Shown: in pieces, positions 27,658 through 41,988 of the stretch | Layout of the letters: each line of letters starts with the position of its first letter | How positions within the stretch are numbered: the first letter of the stretch is position 1 | Source of the DNA: Eledone cirrhosa | Taxonomy: Eukaryota | Direction: 5' to 3' | Assembly (NCBI GenBank): GCA_964016885.1 | Contig: OZ024743.1 | Location: forward strand, 230,888,001 to 230,952,000 | Length of the DNA stretch: 64,000 bases | The notes under the pieces: generated by a model | The model's input: only the letters and a program-made list of their open reading frames with translations | The model's database searches: none | Told to the model about the DNA's origin: nothing | Made by a program: the position numbers and the translations under genes

Positions 27658-27780
27658 CTTACTTAATATTTTGAATAGTAATTTATCCTGAACTGTTCAA
27701 GAATGTATTTGTATATACTAGTAAGTTTCAATCTTTCATTCACTTTCTGCTCCCCACATTCTCTCCCTTTCTCTCATCCG

Positions 27781-27879
<99 letters not shown>

Positions 27880-28799
27880 ACTCTCTCTTATTCATACACT
27901 CTCTTTCATTCACTCACGCTATCCCTCCCACACCTCTCATCCTGCATCACATCCCGTATTCCGTCTTTTTATTTACTACATGGAATCATAGAAAATATTT
28001 TCTTCAATTTATTGATACCTAGTAATTTATAATTATCGATGTCTGATATATAATAATTGATGTTTAATAATTGAAAATTATTGATAATTATTTATAAATT
28101 ATTATTTTTCCTGGATTTTCACTTACTGGCACTTATAACTCTGCTAATATCGTTCATTTGGTGGGTAATTATAGACTATCAAGTTATTAATATTTTTGTA
28201 AAACACTTACATATCTATGCTTTATTAAAACGAAACATTATATAAAATTTCTCACTTAAAATTTTGCAAAGCTATTTATCGACCCTTAAATGTGTTTGTA
28301 TGTATTATGTATTTCCTTGTAATATAAATTACGCATTCAGTTCAGATTCACTCTTTTTCCATTTTCCATATAAATAGTTCATAGGTCTGCTTCTCTCTCC
28401 CTTTCTCTCTCTCTACCTCTCTATCCCTCGTTCTGCATAACAATACGTAATGTTTGTAAACTTGATATCGTGGCGTTTTTTATTCAGCGTCCTTTGATTT
28501 AACAGCTTCAAATATCTATTAAGATATACTAGAGCCCTTGCCAATCTTTCTTTTTCCGTTTTTTCAAATATTTTCTTACTTTATATTCCATTCTTTCTTC
28601 TCAATCTAAATTTTATTTTTTTTATTTTTTGTATTAAATTGTATTTACATGTTATCATCTAGTACAGGTAATTGATGATAACGTCGGTTGAGGTAGATTT
28701 TGGAGAAAATCGAGCACCCTGCTAACTGAACCGAGAAGCCTTGTATATGCAGAATGGAGTAGCAGTAGAGTGAGGTACTTTTATTAAGACGGCGATGAT

Positions 28800-29620
28800 C
28801 CCTGCTGGGTCAACAAGCTCCATTGGGTTTTGGCGCTACGTGTACAGGTGAATAGCAGGGACGGTTTGATCAATGAACGATGACCAAAGCTTCCATATTG
28901 TCAAATTTGACCTTCACAATAGCAAATTTGTCTGGTGGTAGACGACATACACAGTTGTGTACTGGAGAATTGGTGGTTGGAATGTAGTGCTTTACTCTGT
29001 GGTGAGTTGTGGATTGGGAAATGTCATGATAATGAGTTTCAGGTAATTCAAAAGAAATCCGAGAACACGTTCTTGGTCTCGGAGACGTTTGATATATGAA
29101 AAGTCACACGTGTAGATGTTAACAGAGAAACAGAGGCATACTTACAGCTATTGACGTGTCGTCTCCCCCGATTATCGACCAGCAGCGAGTGAGCCCGAAG
29201 GAAGTCTGCTCCAATGATAAGCTGATGGGGATCAGCGACGGTGAATGTCCATGTATATTACTGTGAGCCTCTGTGGAGGGAGAGAGTATGTTATCTGTAA
29301 GCTTTGATTGTAGAATCATTGGCAGCTGCCACTGACTCCCCTCTCTATAACGGAGGTCGTTTGCAGATGCCGGGATGACACTGACTTCTACTTCTGTGTC
29401 GATTAAGAATCTGATTTGAGATCTGATCATAGACATACAGGACAGTTGATCATGTTTGCCGACCACGAGGGTTTTTATTGGTGGTTGGTCCTAGAGTTTC
29501 TGCCGGAGTCGATGATGAAGAGCTATTGAAGTTACATGGTTACTTAGTATCTTTTGCTTCAAATTTCTTGTGAAAGAAACACATCACTTTACGTGACCTC
29601 ATTGTCTTGTGGTTGACCTC
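28800..29620 (-). mobile_element. Ty3/Gypsy gag-pol relic (protease to start of RT)
   Basis: FLIDTEVEVSVIP (FLxDTGAxVSVIP protease motif); HRVKHYIPTT..PV..RLPPDKF..VK..F..M at the start of RT; many frameshifts. Confidence 0.75.
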
Positions 29621-29865
29621 GTGGTGTTGATTCTCCCTCATTACACCCTTTTCCGCCTCTTTCCCACACTTTCACACTTCGTATCCCTCTTTACCCTTTT
29701 TCCCTACTTTTCCCCATTTTTTAACCTCTCTTTCCCTATTTCTTTAACCTGCTGTCTTCCCTCCTCTTTTCCATCCATCCTTCCCTTGATGTTTTTCCTC
29801 CCCTCCTTCCACTTCTGCCTCTTCCAGCCCATTCTTTCCCTACCCCCTTTCTCCCTTTCTTGATT

Positions 29866-30640
29866 TCACCCACCACTTTACCTACCACTTTATCCACAAT
29901 AATCATTTTACCTACCATTTACCCACAATAACCCTTTTTTTATTTGGGGGCATCCGTTATTCATTTGGGGGTCCGTTTTTTATTTGGGTGGATGCGTTTT
30001 TATTTGGGGGGATACGTTTTTAGTTGGGGGGATCCGTTTTTTATTTGGGGAGAGGGGGATCCGTTTTTTATTTGGGGGATACATTTTTTATTTGGGGGGA
30101 TCCGTTTTTTATTTGGGGGGGGATCCGTTTTTTATTTATGGGGGGTCAGTTTTTTATTTGGTGATCCGTTTTTTTTATTTGTGAGGATCCGTTTTTATTT
30201 GGGGGTCATGTTTTTATTTGTGGGGATCCGTTTTTTTATTGGGGGGGGGGGCGTTTTTAACTACAATAATTATTTTACCCACCACTTTACATACAATAGT
30301 CATTTTACCCACAACTTTACCCACAATAATCATTTTACCCACTACTTTAACCACAACAATTATTTTACCCTTTTACCCACAATAATTATTTGACCCACCA
30401 TATTACCCACAATAATCATTTTACCTACCACTTTACCCACAATAATTATTTCCATCTTTTTACCCACAATAATTATTTACCTATCTTTTTACCCACAATA
30501 ATTATTTTACCTACCTACCCACAATAATTATTTTACCCACAATAATCATGTTACCCTCAATTTTACCCACAATAATCATTTTACCCACTACTTTACCCAC
30601 AATAATCATTTTACCCACCTTGTTTAACCACATTAATTAT
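29866..30640. repeat. Compound minisatellite: TTTACCCACAATAATCATT-based array interrupted by a ~20-bp GGGGGATCCGTTTTTTATTT array (29940..30258)
   Basis: Seen directly. Confidence 0.9.
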
Positions 30641-30904
30641 TTATTATGTGTCCAGCGATTCTTTACTGAGACATTCTAACCACATGCTCATAATATCTGA
30701 GTTGTGATCTCTCAATTCGGAGAGGTAGAAGCTCTACCAGGAGTGAGGCTCTTATGCACTTTATCGAGTAATCTCATTTCTGCCACTTTTATTTGCAATT
30801 GTATTGTTTTGGTCATTACTCAAGATTAATGATCATCGGTAAGAGTTGGCAGGGATACCAGGAAGACAGCGAGTTTGGCTTTTACACTTACCCCCTTCAT
30901 CTGA

Positions 30905-31046
30905 TTGCTGAATGCTGAGGCTGGCGCATTACTGCATCAGTTTTTCAATACTTGCACTTAACTCAGCTTCCTGCATTCCATCACTCATGAACACGGCTCC
31001 AAGATACTTGAACTTCTCTAACTGCTTCAGTAGAACTCCATTCACA
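30905..31046 (-). mobile_element. RTE-type LINE RT fragment
   Basis: VNGVLLKQLEKFKYLGAVFMSDG..EAEL. Confidence 0.7.
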
Positions 31047-31885
31047 TGTATATAAATTTGAGGGACTTCTGTCCAACCGTCCATACCACAATATGTATGT
31101 GTGTTTGTGTGAATGTATGTATGTGTAAAAGGAAGGAAAGCGATACACACATATATATGTCTAACTTAAAAATGCTGACACACACCCACGTGTCTTATTT
31201 AAGAGCGCCGACAAACTCACGCGCCCGCACATACACACACTGTGCTATTACCACTCAAGAGCTTTGGCCCGGGCAAACATCCACTCAATTTTGGAACCGT
31301 CTGGGTTGTCCTAAATTGATGGGAAAAGACTTTACGGTCTTACGCTGTGCTCCTGGTTAAGAGGCAGGTGCCTTACCTGTGACGTCACGGTTAGTGACGT
31401 TTTTGCTTCTTCCCACATTCTGGATGCAGCGGTAAGGGCGAGAGCTACAGCATCCGCAGCTGAAGAAAACAAAATCCTAAAATACCATGTTCTGTCAGCT
31501 AACTACATATCCAGCCTGTGGCGTTCGAGACATTTAGGGTAGTCGGGCTCCTGACCGTGAGATTCTTATCTTCACTGGTGGCTCGCCAAACAGAGGTAAC
31601 TGGTGATGCTCATCCTCGCCATCACGCCAGGTAACGCTGCGAGCGTGCTGGCCTGCCTCAAAAGTTATTAGAGAAGTTTCCCAGTGCTCCTCGCTATATT
31701 GCAAATTTTGCTCTGCTAGCGGCTGGTTTTTCCACTCATTCGCCTGCATATTGTTCTGTTGCCTAAGATGTGCGTATTACCTGCTTGTGTATTTTTTCTC
31801 TTTCTTTTTCCCTTTCCCTTTCCCTTGTATATATTATATTTATTAGTGTTTTCGTGCTGTAACCATTATATTAATGAGTTTTTAA

Positions 31886-31971
31886 AAAGAGAGTTAATAA
31901 ATAAACAAAAGAGTTAATAAATAAATAAAAGAGTTAATAAATAAATAAAAGAGATAATAAATAAATAAAAA
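31886..31971. repeat. Four copies of a 21-bp AAAAGAGTTAATAAATAAAT-type unit
   Basis: Seen directly. Confidence 0.9.
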
Positions 31972-32323
31972 GTTATACTTGTTTTACCCTCCCAATTCCA
32001 ATTTCACCAAACGCTGCTATCATGATTATGTGTGTGTTTGTGTAAATGTATGTGTGAATGTATGTATGTTTGTGTGAAAGTATGTGTGAATGTATGTGTA
32101 TTTGTGTGAATTATGTCCGTGAGGATGTATTTTTATAAGTTTGTGTTTGCGCGATTATAGTTATATATTGATAATAGTTATATACTCATACATATAGATG
32201 TATGTATGTGTAAACACTCATACGCGTCATCGTGTAGAAAATCATAATCTATCTATCTCTCTCATCACACACTCTCTCGTTCTATATATATGGTAGTTGA
32301 AGTGGTGGTGGTGGCGACGATAT

Positions 32324-32629
32324 ACCGGAAGTGCAACTTTGAAAAGAAGTCAATTTTAAATTATGTATTTTTACGAAATTATTTATTTTCTACGAAATTT
32401 AGTACATAACTTATGTAATATTCATTCATAAATTTATTACGGCCCTTGCCATTCTGAGTTCAAATCCCGCCGAGGTTAACTTTGCCTTTCATCCTTACGG
32501 GGTCGATGAAATAAAGTACCAGCAATGTACTGGGTAAATTGCTGGCCTTGTGCCAATAGTAGAAACAATCATTTATTCAAAGTAACTGGATTAAAAGTCC
32601 CGCAGAACATCCTTTATTATAGTTTAGAT
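32324..32629 (+). mobile_element. Composite element carrying a 5'-truncated SINE, copy 2
   Basis: Shares ACGAAATTTAGTA..TTATGTAATAT.CATTCAT upstream and TTATTCAAAGTAA..AGTCCCGCA..TTTATTATAGTTTAGAT downstream with 27341..27657. Confidence 0.6.
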
Positions 32630-32926
32630 ATCACTTAATATACTGTTTCCTTGATACTTGGAGTGTTATCCTAAATTCTCCTAAGTTTAAGTTCTTATAT
32701 CTGTGATGATAGAAATGAAATGTAAATTATGTTCTTGTGGATTATTCAATTTTCTGTTCGCACTCAATATGCATTCAATACTAAACATGATAATGTGGCT
32801 TCAGGAAACGCTTCCATTACTATATTTCTCCGCATTTATTTTGTTGAAACAATTGTAGGACAAATAAAAGTGACTCATATTCATTCAGAATTCCAGATTT
32901 ATTACTTTTAATACATGCATACATAC

Positions 32927-32999
<73 letters not shown>

Positions 33000-34325
33000 G
33001 TCGATACTGGTGCCCGATCCATATCTCCTATGGGTCACCCTGAGCATATCCTTTATAGATCGATATGCAATAAATATTTGTCATATGTAAACGAAATTTT
33101 CTCGTTTTTTTTCTATTATATACACTCTGCCTGTGCACAGGTTGCTTGATTTGGTACTAGCACCAGTATCTTACCGTACTACCTACACTATATATATATA
33201 AATATATATATATATGTGTGTGTGTATGTATATGTATGTATATATATATACAGAGACAGATAGAAAAAGAGACAGATATAGAAAGACAAGATGGACAGTG
33301 AGAGAGAGAGACAGACATGTTTTACAGAAATTGACAGAAAAAAAATATACTTGAATGCGCAACTTATATCTATAGATATATGTGGGTGTGAGTGAGCATG
33401 TCTCTGTGTGTTTGTTTGTTTATGTGTGGTCATATGTATTGAAGACTTGACACTGTTTTAGTTTCAACTTTATAATCAAGATTACATTTAAAATATATTA
33501 AATACATTTACTTTGTTGCACTTGTTTTAACCATTAAGTTCACAAATCCATCATCAATGTTGATTCATTTGATATTTGTTATAAAGCTAACAGATGTTAT
33601 TTGCTCGTTATTCGGAGCAGGGACAGCGTGATTCATATAGATGTTACCGCCAAGTTGAATTTCCATCATTAGATTTATACATCATTGTATTTTTGGACTA
33701 ATGTTTGTTGTCTGTGTATATATTATCATCGTGCTATTTTATGAGAAGGCTTCCATTATTAACAGTCAAATACAGAACAATGGAGAGATAAATACACTGA
33801 AACAATTACATCAAATATTGCACATATTAAAATACACTAACCACACATAAATAGTACTTTATAAATCTGTTATGCACTGAGTATGTTATAGGTGAACCCA
33901 TTATAAGGAAGCTTATAGAATAGAATAAAAACTGGTTGAATTTACTAATCAGGTAAAATTAATAATGCGCCACAAAAATCTGGAATTTAAAATATGACAA
34001 GTAACAATATATACGGACGAAAGAAACATAGAAAAATCTACAAATCTCGTATATATATATATATACAAATATAAATTAGCGAGAATCGTATTTCGGCTTT
34101 GGAAATTAGCGAAAAACAACTTCCGAGATGTGTGGCAAGCGCTCAATAATTCTAACGAACCGGAGCTACAACATACGGTAAAAGGCCAAACACACTGAGA
34201 CGATAGTTAAACCATTATCCGCACAGCCATAGAAACGACAAAGTAATTCGGGTCAAACAAATAAAAGAATATGATTGAAAAATATAATTATATATATATA
34301 TATATGTATGTATGTATAAATATAA

Positions 34326-34393
<68 letters not shown>

Positions 34394-34699
34394 TGGCTGC
34401 CAACTCGTTTTCGAGTACGGCCACTACTTTATATCCATATAGGAGAACCCCTACCGATGCGCTGAACGAGTGTGACGTTTTAGTCCAGCCAGCGACTTGA
34501 AAACTCTGGTACTAACACTACACTTGTGACAATTATTGACACACAGCGCTGGGCCCATGGTACCATGTGATGACAAGTGCAGAGAGATCTCCAGATACAA
34601 AGCAATGCCTGTGCCGTGAAGCTTTTATAGTGAGCAAAGGCACTGCACAAAGCCAGTCCCACTCTCTTAACCAAGATGATATTTACCAAAAAGAAGAAA

Positions 34700-35133
<434 letters not shown>

Positions 35134-35276
35134 ATTAAAATACTGTAGCGTGTTGGAGTTAAACACCCTCTTCGTATTATAGAAATGACAGTAAAAGGTA
35201 TAGCTAAATGTAATTAAACAGAGCCGAAGAATTATGAAAATAAAACAAAGAAGCCTTTAATACATCAAAAGTCTTT

Positions 35277-35321
35277 ATTAGCCAACAATGTTTCATCCTA
35301 TTAAGGACTCATCAGGGCAAT
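35277..35321 (-). ncRNA. Minimal type I hammerhead (inverted twin of 41337..41381)
   Basis: Same fold; stem II GTCC/GGAT has one G-U pair. Confidence 0.75.
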
Positions 35322-37005
35322 CAAAACCACAAGAAGTACTATCGGCCAATACAAGCCGAAAACTCCGAAGAATATGGAGTGTACATACACTAAAGTATTG
35401 GAAGATTATGGGTAAACATATATAATAAAAATCACTAAGGAGGTGGATAACATTTTGAACCATATTACAAATATAGTCCAAAGCAAAAAAACTAGAGCTA
35501 AACAAAGGTGCTTATATAGAGCGGGAATTATAGAACTATATATAATACAATATAATATAATATAATATACTTGTAACAATATTAAAATTAAAATTAAAAT
35601 TAAAAGGCACAATATACATATGTATATATATACGCACACGTACGCACATATACATATACATCAATACACATTTCCATCATTAACAGCACAAATTAAACCT
35701 TATTAAGTGTTTAAATATAAATAAGCATAATAGGAATAAAAATAATAATAATACTACGTATATCTTATATACAGTATAACATGAAGTAATGAAATGATTA
35801 AAAGTAACACATATAATATATAATAAACTATATAATTACATAATATATAATATAATATAATAGATATTCTCCAGTTAATTTACACAAACAATATAGATGT
35901 CACAATAATACTATAATAATAATATAATAATAATATATAATATATAATGGCATGTAAGTTAACAAATAAATTCATATAGAGTTACAGAGTAGGTGAGAAA
36001 AAAATATAAATTGTACAATACCCAAAATTATGATGGTACAAAAATATAAACATCTTACATGATATATAAAATTTAGCATATCATAATGGTACATAAAATC
36101 ATCGGTAAGTAATAAGGATCAATAGTACAATAACAATTTCAATATAAAATAATGAACATAATATAATATATAATTACTTATAATTACAAGGTTGGTAAAC
36201 AGACACATATATGAATGAGTGAATAAGGGCCAGGCAGAAAATACTATGCACAGTAGTATTAATAAATAAATAAATAAAATCAACCGGAAATTAAAAATAC
36301 AAAAACAAAAGTATTTACTTACGTGTCACATGCAGTTAAGTATAAAATTAGGAAACAACCCAGATAAATGACTAGAAAACCCTATTTGATAGATTAATAT
36401 TGAAAATATTTAAAATACCTAATAAGTCAATACAATATTAGCTATGGTTTAAGTAATCAAAATTCCTAAACATTAATATTTCACTATAAATATATATATA
36501 AAGGAATGAAATATTCTACTATCATTTACATAACGATATCTAAAAAACTGACTTAAGCAGAATTATGGTAGGCTAATAGGGACAGAAATAAAGAAATGTA
36601 TCGAGGATACAAAGGAGCATAAAATCATAATCAATATACTGTATTATATAATAGAAAGGAGCATAAAAGAGGGGGGATTAAATATAATCATAATATATTT
36701 GAATGGGTGGGCAATAAGTTCATATGTGCATGGGGGGGAGGGGGTTATCCAAAGAAGAATCCAAATAAAATAAAATAAAATAAAATGAAATAAAATAAAA
36801 TAATATAAAATATATAATCAGATATATACTCATGAGGTGTTAATAGTGAAAATTTAATGTGTAAGAAGATAGATATGGTATAGTAGCCAAAAGATTATGA
36901 GAGCTAGAATAAAAAGTTCTCAAAAATCAATGATAATAATGATGATAATAATGGTGGTAAACAAAAAGAACCTAAACTAAAAAAATAAGTAACGGAATAT
37001 ATCAG

Positions 37006-37574
37006 CTAATGGATACAATTTACACTACTAGAACCTTTAGGTTTATAATAAAAGTAAGAATTAGAAATAGCGTGGGGGCAAGAAGAGAATATCTCAGACT
37101 TTCTATTAAGTAAGGATTCACTAGAAAAAATTATAGAGTGTGTCTCGAGGATACAGAGATTACAAAATTTAGTATGTGTAGAAAGGTTATAATAGCGTGC
37201 TACTAAACGCCAATTAAGGCTATATGGTATATTAGCCCCCTTAAGATCCCAGATATAGTGTGCTAAAGAAGTAGTATTCTTAAACTTAGCATGTTTGAAA
37301 TTAGAGATATGAGAATTAAACCTAGTCTTAAAAGTGTTAGATGTAGAGCCTATATAAGTTCTATTAGAGGAATTAGTCATAACTACGCAAGCATAGACGA
37401 TGTTCTTAGAGAGGCAGTTACCGTTTAAAGGGCAGTTAGCACTCACTCTACAGTTACACTTCCGGGTGCTATTGATTGGCTGAAGTAGTGATGCATTACA
37501 CGTAGGATTACTATTAGATAAGGTCTTTTCTGGTGGTAAGGCATTTGCAGATCTGTTCAGACTAGTAGTATGTA
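37006..37574 (-). pseudogene. Inverted copy of the PLE GIY-YIG domain
   Basis: CNCRVSANCPLNGNCL..IVY..YIGST..FKTRFNSH..FCNLCILE..CPH. Confidence 0.9.
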
Positions 37575-37722
37575 TCAAAATTAATAATAGTTCTACGGGC
37601 TGCTAGTATAATATCTACCTGTGATCGTGTAAGGCTGGACACTCTCATGGCCAACATTAAGGCTTTATTGAGGAGGATGGGTGAAATCGATGTGTAGTAG
37701 GCATCAATATCGAACTGGATAA

Positions 37723-39657
37723 CTCTGGGATTAATAAACTTGAATCTAATAAGTTTATCCAGTTCGATATTGATGCCTACTACATATCGATTTCACCCAT
37801 CCTCCTCAATAAAGCCTTAATGTTGGCCATGAGAGTGTCCAGCCTTACACGATCACAGGTAGATATTATATTAGCAGCCCGTAGAACTATTATTAATTTT
37901 GAGGACACATTTTGGACCCGTAAAAACACGCCCAACAATTTCGACGTTACAATGGGTTCGAGTGATTCGGCCCAGGTAACTCATCTTGTTGGGGTGTTCC
38001 TCCTAAATGAACTATATGTTACCTTTCCGCACCTTAATGGCGGACTATATCGTGATGATGCATTGTTTGTTATTAACTCTAACACCAACAATGTCGAGCA
38101 TAATAAGAAGAAGCTTTATAAGTTTTTTAAAAGCTATAACCTTTCGATCACGATAGATAGAAACGATAGAGCGGTCAACGTTTTAGATGTGACTTTGGAC
38201 TTGGTCACTAATAGTTTTAAACACTTCCATAAGCCTAATGAAATACTTTCTTATGTTAGTCCCAATTCTAACCACCCCAAATCTATGATAAGCTCTATAA
38301 TTAAGGGTGTATCTAATAGGATTTCCACACTCTCTAAGGACGTAGGAACATTTAATGAACATGCGGAGTACTATAATAATGCCCTAGCTAATTCCGGTTA
38401 CTCTAGTAAAATACATTATAATATTAGTAACCTTAGAAAGTCTCCGCTTACTTATAATAATAATAACATAATATCCCATAACATGGCCATGAATGTGAGT
38501 AGGAAGCATAATAATCGTAGAAATTACATAGGTGTATCTGAACCCATCCATAATTTAACCCACCGGACTCGTAATAGGGAATATAATACCGCTAGGAATC
38601 AAGTCAAACCCTCTGAGCGCTCACTCATTGGTGATGATTTTGCTAGATCTAATTCTGATAATGTTGTTACTACTGATCCTATTATTGGCCCTAATCCTTT
38701 TGATAGGATTCCAGACAGCAGCAGATCTACTAGAGGTAGAAACAGTAAGAGACTTAATGGAATTTGGCTGATTCTAATAATGCGGTTTTAACTAATCCTT
38801 GTAATAACCTTAGTCTTAATAATGGGATATTAGATAATAGTAGAGTCGGAAAGGATAAAAATAGAAGGAGACTAAATACTTATTTTAACCCGCCATATAA
38901 TCAGGAAGTATTAACTAATATCCCTAGGTCTTTTTTTTCTATCTTGGAGAAAAATTTCCCCCCTTCTCATAAATACCATAGTATTTTTAATAAAAATGTT
39001 ATTAAACTTTCATTCTCTACCACCCATAATATTAGTTCTCATTTAGCTTGCACTAACAATAGGAAAATTAGGGATGGATACTCCTCTCTACATACTACTA
39101 GTCTGAACAGATCTGCAAATGCCTTACCACCAGAAAAGACCTTATCTAATAGTAATCCTACGTGTAATGCATCACTACTTCAGCCAATCAATAGCACCCG
39201 GAAGTGTAACTGTAGAGTGAGTGCTAACTGCCCTTTAAACGGTAACTGCCTCTCTAAGAACATCGTCTATGCTTGCGTAGTTATAACTAATTCCTCTAAT
39301 AGAACTTATAAAGGCTCTACATCTAACACTTTTAAGACTAGGTTTAATTCTCATATCTCTAATTTGAAACATGTTAAGTTTAAGAATTCTACTTCTTTAG
39401 CACACTATATCTGGGATCTTAAGGGGGCTAATATACCATATAGCCTTAATTGGCGTTTAGTAGCACGCTCTAATAACCTTTCTACACATACTAAATGTTG
39501 TAATCTCTGTATCCTCGAGACACACTCTATAATTTTCTCTAGTGAATCCTTACTTAATAGAAAGTCTGAGGTATTCTCTTCTTGCCCCCACGCTATTTCT
39601 AATTCTTACTTTTATTATAAACCTAAAGGTTCTAGTAGTGTAAATTGTATCCATTAG
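37723..39657 (+). pseudogene. PLE RT + GIY-YIG ORF, 5'-truncated, frameshifted (ORFs 37820..38791 and 38764..39657)
   Basis: FIQFDID, FDVTMGSSDSAQ, GLYRDD, YFNPPYN, CNCR..CPL..C, Y(K)GST; homologous to 18724..20730. Confidence 0.92.
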
Positions 39658-41336
39658 CTGATATATTCCGTTACTTATTTTTTTAGTTTAGGTTCTTTTT
39701 GTTTACCACCATTATTATCATCATTATTATCATTGATTTTTGACAACTTTTTATTCTAGCTCTCATAATCTTTTGGCTACTATACCATATCTATCTTCTT
39801 ACACATTAAATTTTCACTATTAACACCTTATGAGTATATATCTGATTATATATTTTATATTATTTTATTTTATTTCATTTTATTTGGATTCTTCTTTGGA
39901 TAAACCCCTCTCCCCCCACCCCATGCACACATAAACTTATTGCCCATCCATTCAAATATATTATGATTATATTTAATCCCCCCCCCCTCTTTTATGCTCC
40001 TTTCTATTATATAATACAGTATATTGATTATGATTTTATGCTCCTTTGTATCCTCGATACATTTCTTTATTTCTGTCCCTATTAGCCTACCATAATTCTG
40101 CTTAAGTCAGTTTTTTAGATATCGTTATGTAAATGATAGTAGAATATTTCATTCCTTTATATATATATTTATAGTGAAATATTAATGTTTAGGAATTTTG
40201 ATTACTTAAACCATAGCTAATATTGTATTGCCTTATTAGGTATTTTAAATATTTTCAATATTAATTTATCAAATAGGGTTTTCTAGTCATTAATCTGGGT
40301 TGTTTCCTAATTTTATACTTAACTGCATGTCACACGTAAGTAAATACTTTTGTTTTTGTATTTTTAATTTCCGGTTGATTTTATTTATTTATTTATTAAT
40401 ACTACTGTGCATAATATTTTCTGTCTGGCCCTTATTCACTCATTCATATATGTGTCTGTTTACCAACCTTGTAATTATAAGTAATTATATATTATATTAT
40501 GTTCATTATTTTATATTGAAATTGTTATTGTACTATTGATCCTTATTACTTACCGATGATTTTATGTACCATTATGATATGCTAAATTTTATATATCATG
40601 TAAGATGTTTATATTTTTGTACCATCATAATTTTGGGTATTGTACAATTTATATTTTTTTCTCACCTACTCTGTAACTCTATATGAATTGATTTGTTAAC
40701 TTACATGCCATTATATATTATATATTATTATTATATTATTATTATAGTATTATTGTGACATCTATATTGTTTGTGTAAATTAACCGGAGAATATCTATTA
40801 TATTATATTATATATTATGTAATTATATAGTTTATTATATATTATATGTGTTACTTTTAATCATTTCATTACTTCATGTTATACTGTATATTAGATATAC
40901 GTAGTATTATTATTATTTTTATTCCTATTATGCTTATTTATATTTAAACTCTTAATAAGGTTTAATTTGTGCTGTTAATGATGGAAATGTGTATTGATGT
41001 ATATGTATATGTGCGTACGTGTGCGTACATATATACATATGTATATTGTGCCTTTTAATTTTAATTTTAATTTTCAAATTGTTACAAGTATATTATATTA
41101 TATTATATTGCATTATATATAGTTCTATAATTCCCGCTCTATATAAGCACCTTTGTTTAGCTCTAGTTTTTTTGCTTTGGACTATATTTGTAATATGGTT
41201 CAAAATGTTATCCACCTCCTTAGTGATTTTTATTATATATTTTTACCCATAATCTTCCAATACTTTAGTGTATGTACACTCCATATTCTTCGGAGTTTTC
41301 GGCTTGTATTGGCCGATAGTACTTCTTGTGGTTTTG

Positions 41337-41381
41337 ATTGCCCTGATGAGTCCTTAATAGGACGAAACATTGTTGGCTAAT
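41337..41381 (+). ncRNA. Minimal type I hammerhead, canonical core
   Basis: ATTGCC-CTGATGA-GTCCttaataGGAC-GAA-ACattGT-T-GGCtAAT. Confidence 0.8.
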
Positions 41382-41556
41382 AAAGATTTTGATGTATTAA
41401 AGGCTTTTTTGTTTTATTTTCATATTATATATATATATATAAACGTTTGAATATGTATAATAAAGCCAAAACAATGCAGGTATGGACATAGAAAAAAGAA
41501 TGCAATTGCAAAAGATATTGTTGACAATTCGTCTTTTACCTTAGATTTATTTAAAT

Positions 41557-41597
41557 GTCCTTAATTTTCGAGATAATATCTCTTCTTCAGAGGGAAC
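41557..41597 (-). ncRNA. Minimal hammerhead (inverted twin of 44982..45022)
   Basis: Reverse complement identical to 44982..45022. Confidence 0.6.
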
Positions 41598-41988
41598 TAA
41601 AGGTCTCAAACCAGCGTTCTAAATATCTTGCTAAGCCATGCTGACAGGAAATAGTATAGAGTATCTGTTCTATCTATAACGTCAAAGAGTTAAAATTAGG
41701 TGGATAAAGAGTAGTCTCTCTTTAAAAGGGATTTGTTTAGGGGTTTTTTTAATATATACATGCCTGTTTAAGTGTGTGGGAGAATGCATGAAGGTGTAAG
41801 TATGTGAGTGTGTGTGTGTGAGTGTGAGAAGTTAAGTCTATTCGTAAATGTGGGGGATAGGTGTTATCTGGTGTTAGAACTGGTTTTGTGTGTGTATGTG
41901 TGAGAGAGAATAAGTGGAGGTGTAAGCGTGTGTGTGTGCGCGTGCGTGTGTGTGTGTGGGGTGTGTAAATATGGGGCTAGAAGCCCTA

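Noticed and set aside
29866-30640. CRISPR-like regular repeats
   Set aside because: No unique spacers, no cas genes, eukaryotic context; it is a minisatellite
31241-32008. Solo LTR (TG..CA with AATAAA cluster)
   Set aside because: No target-site duplication and no second copy in the window
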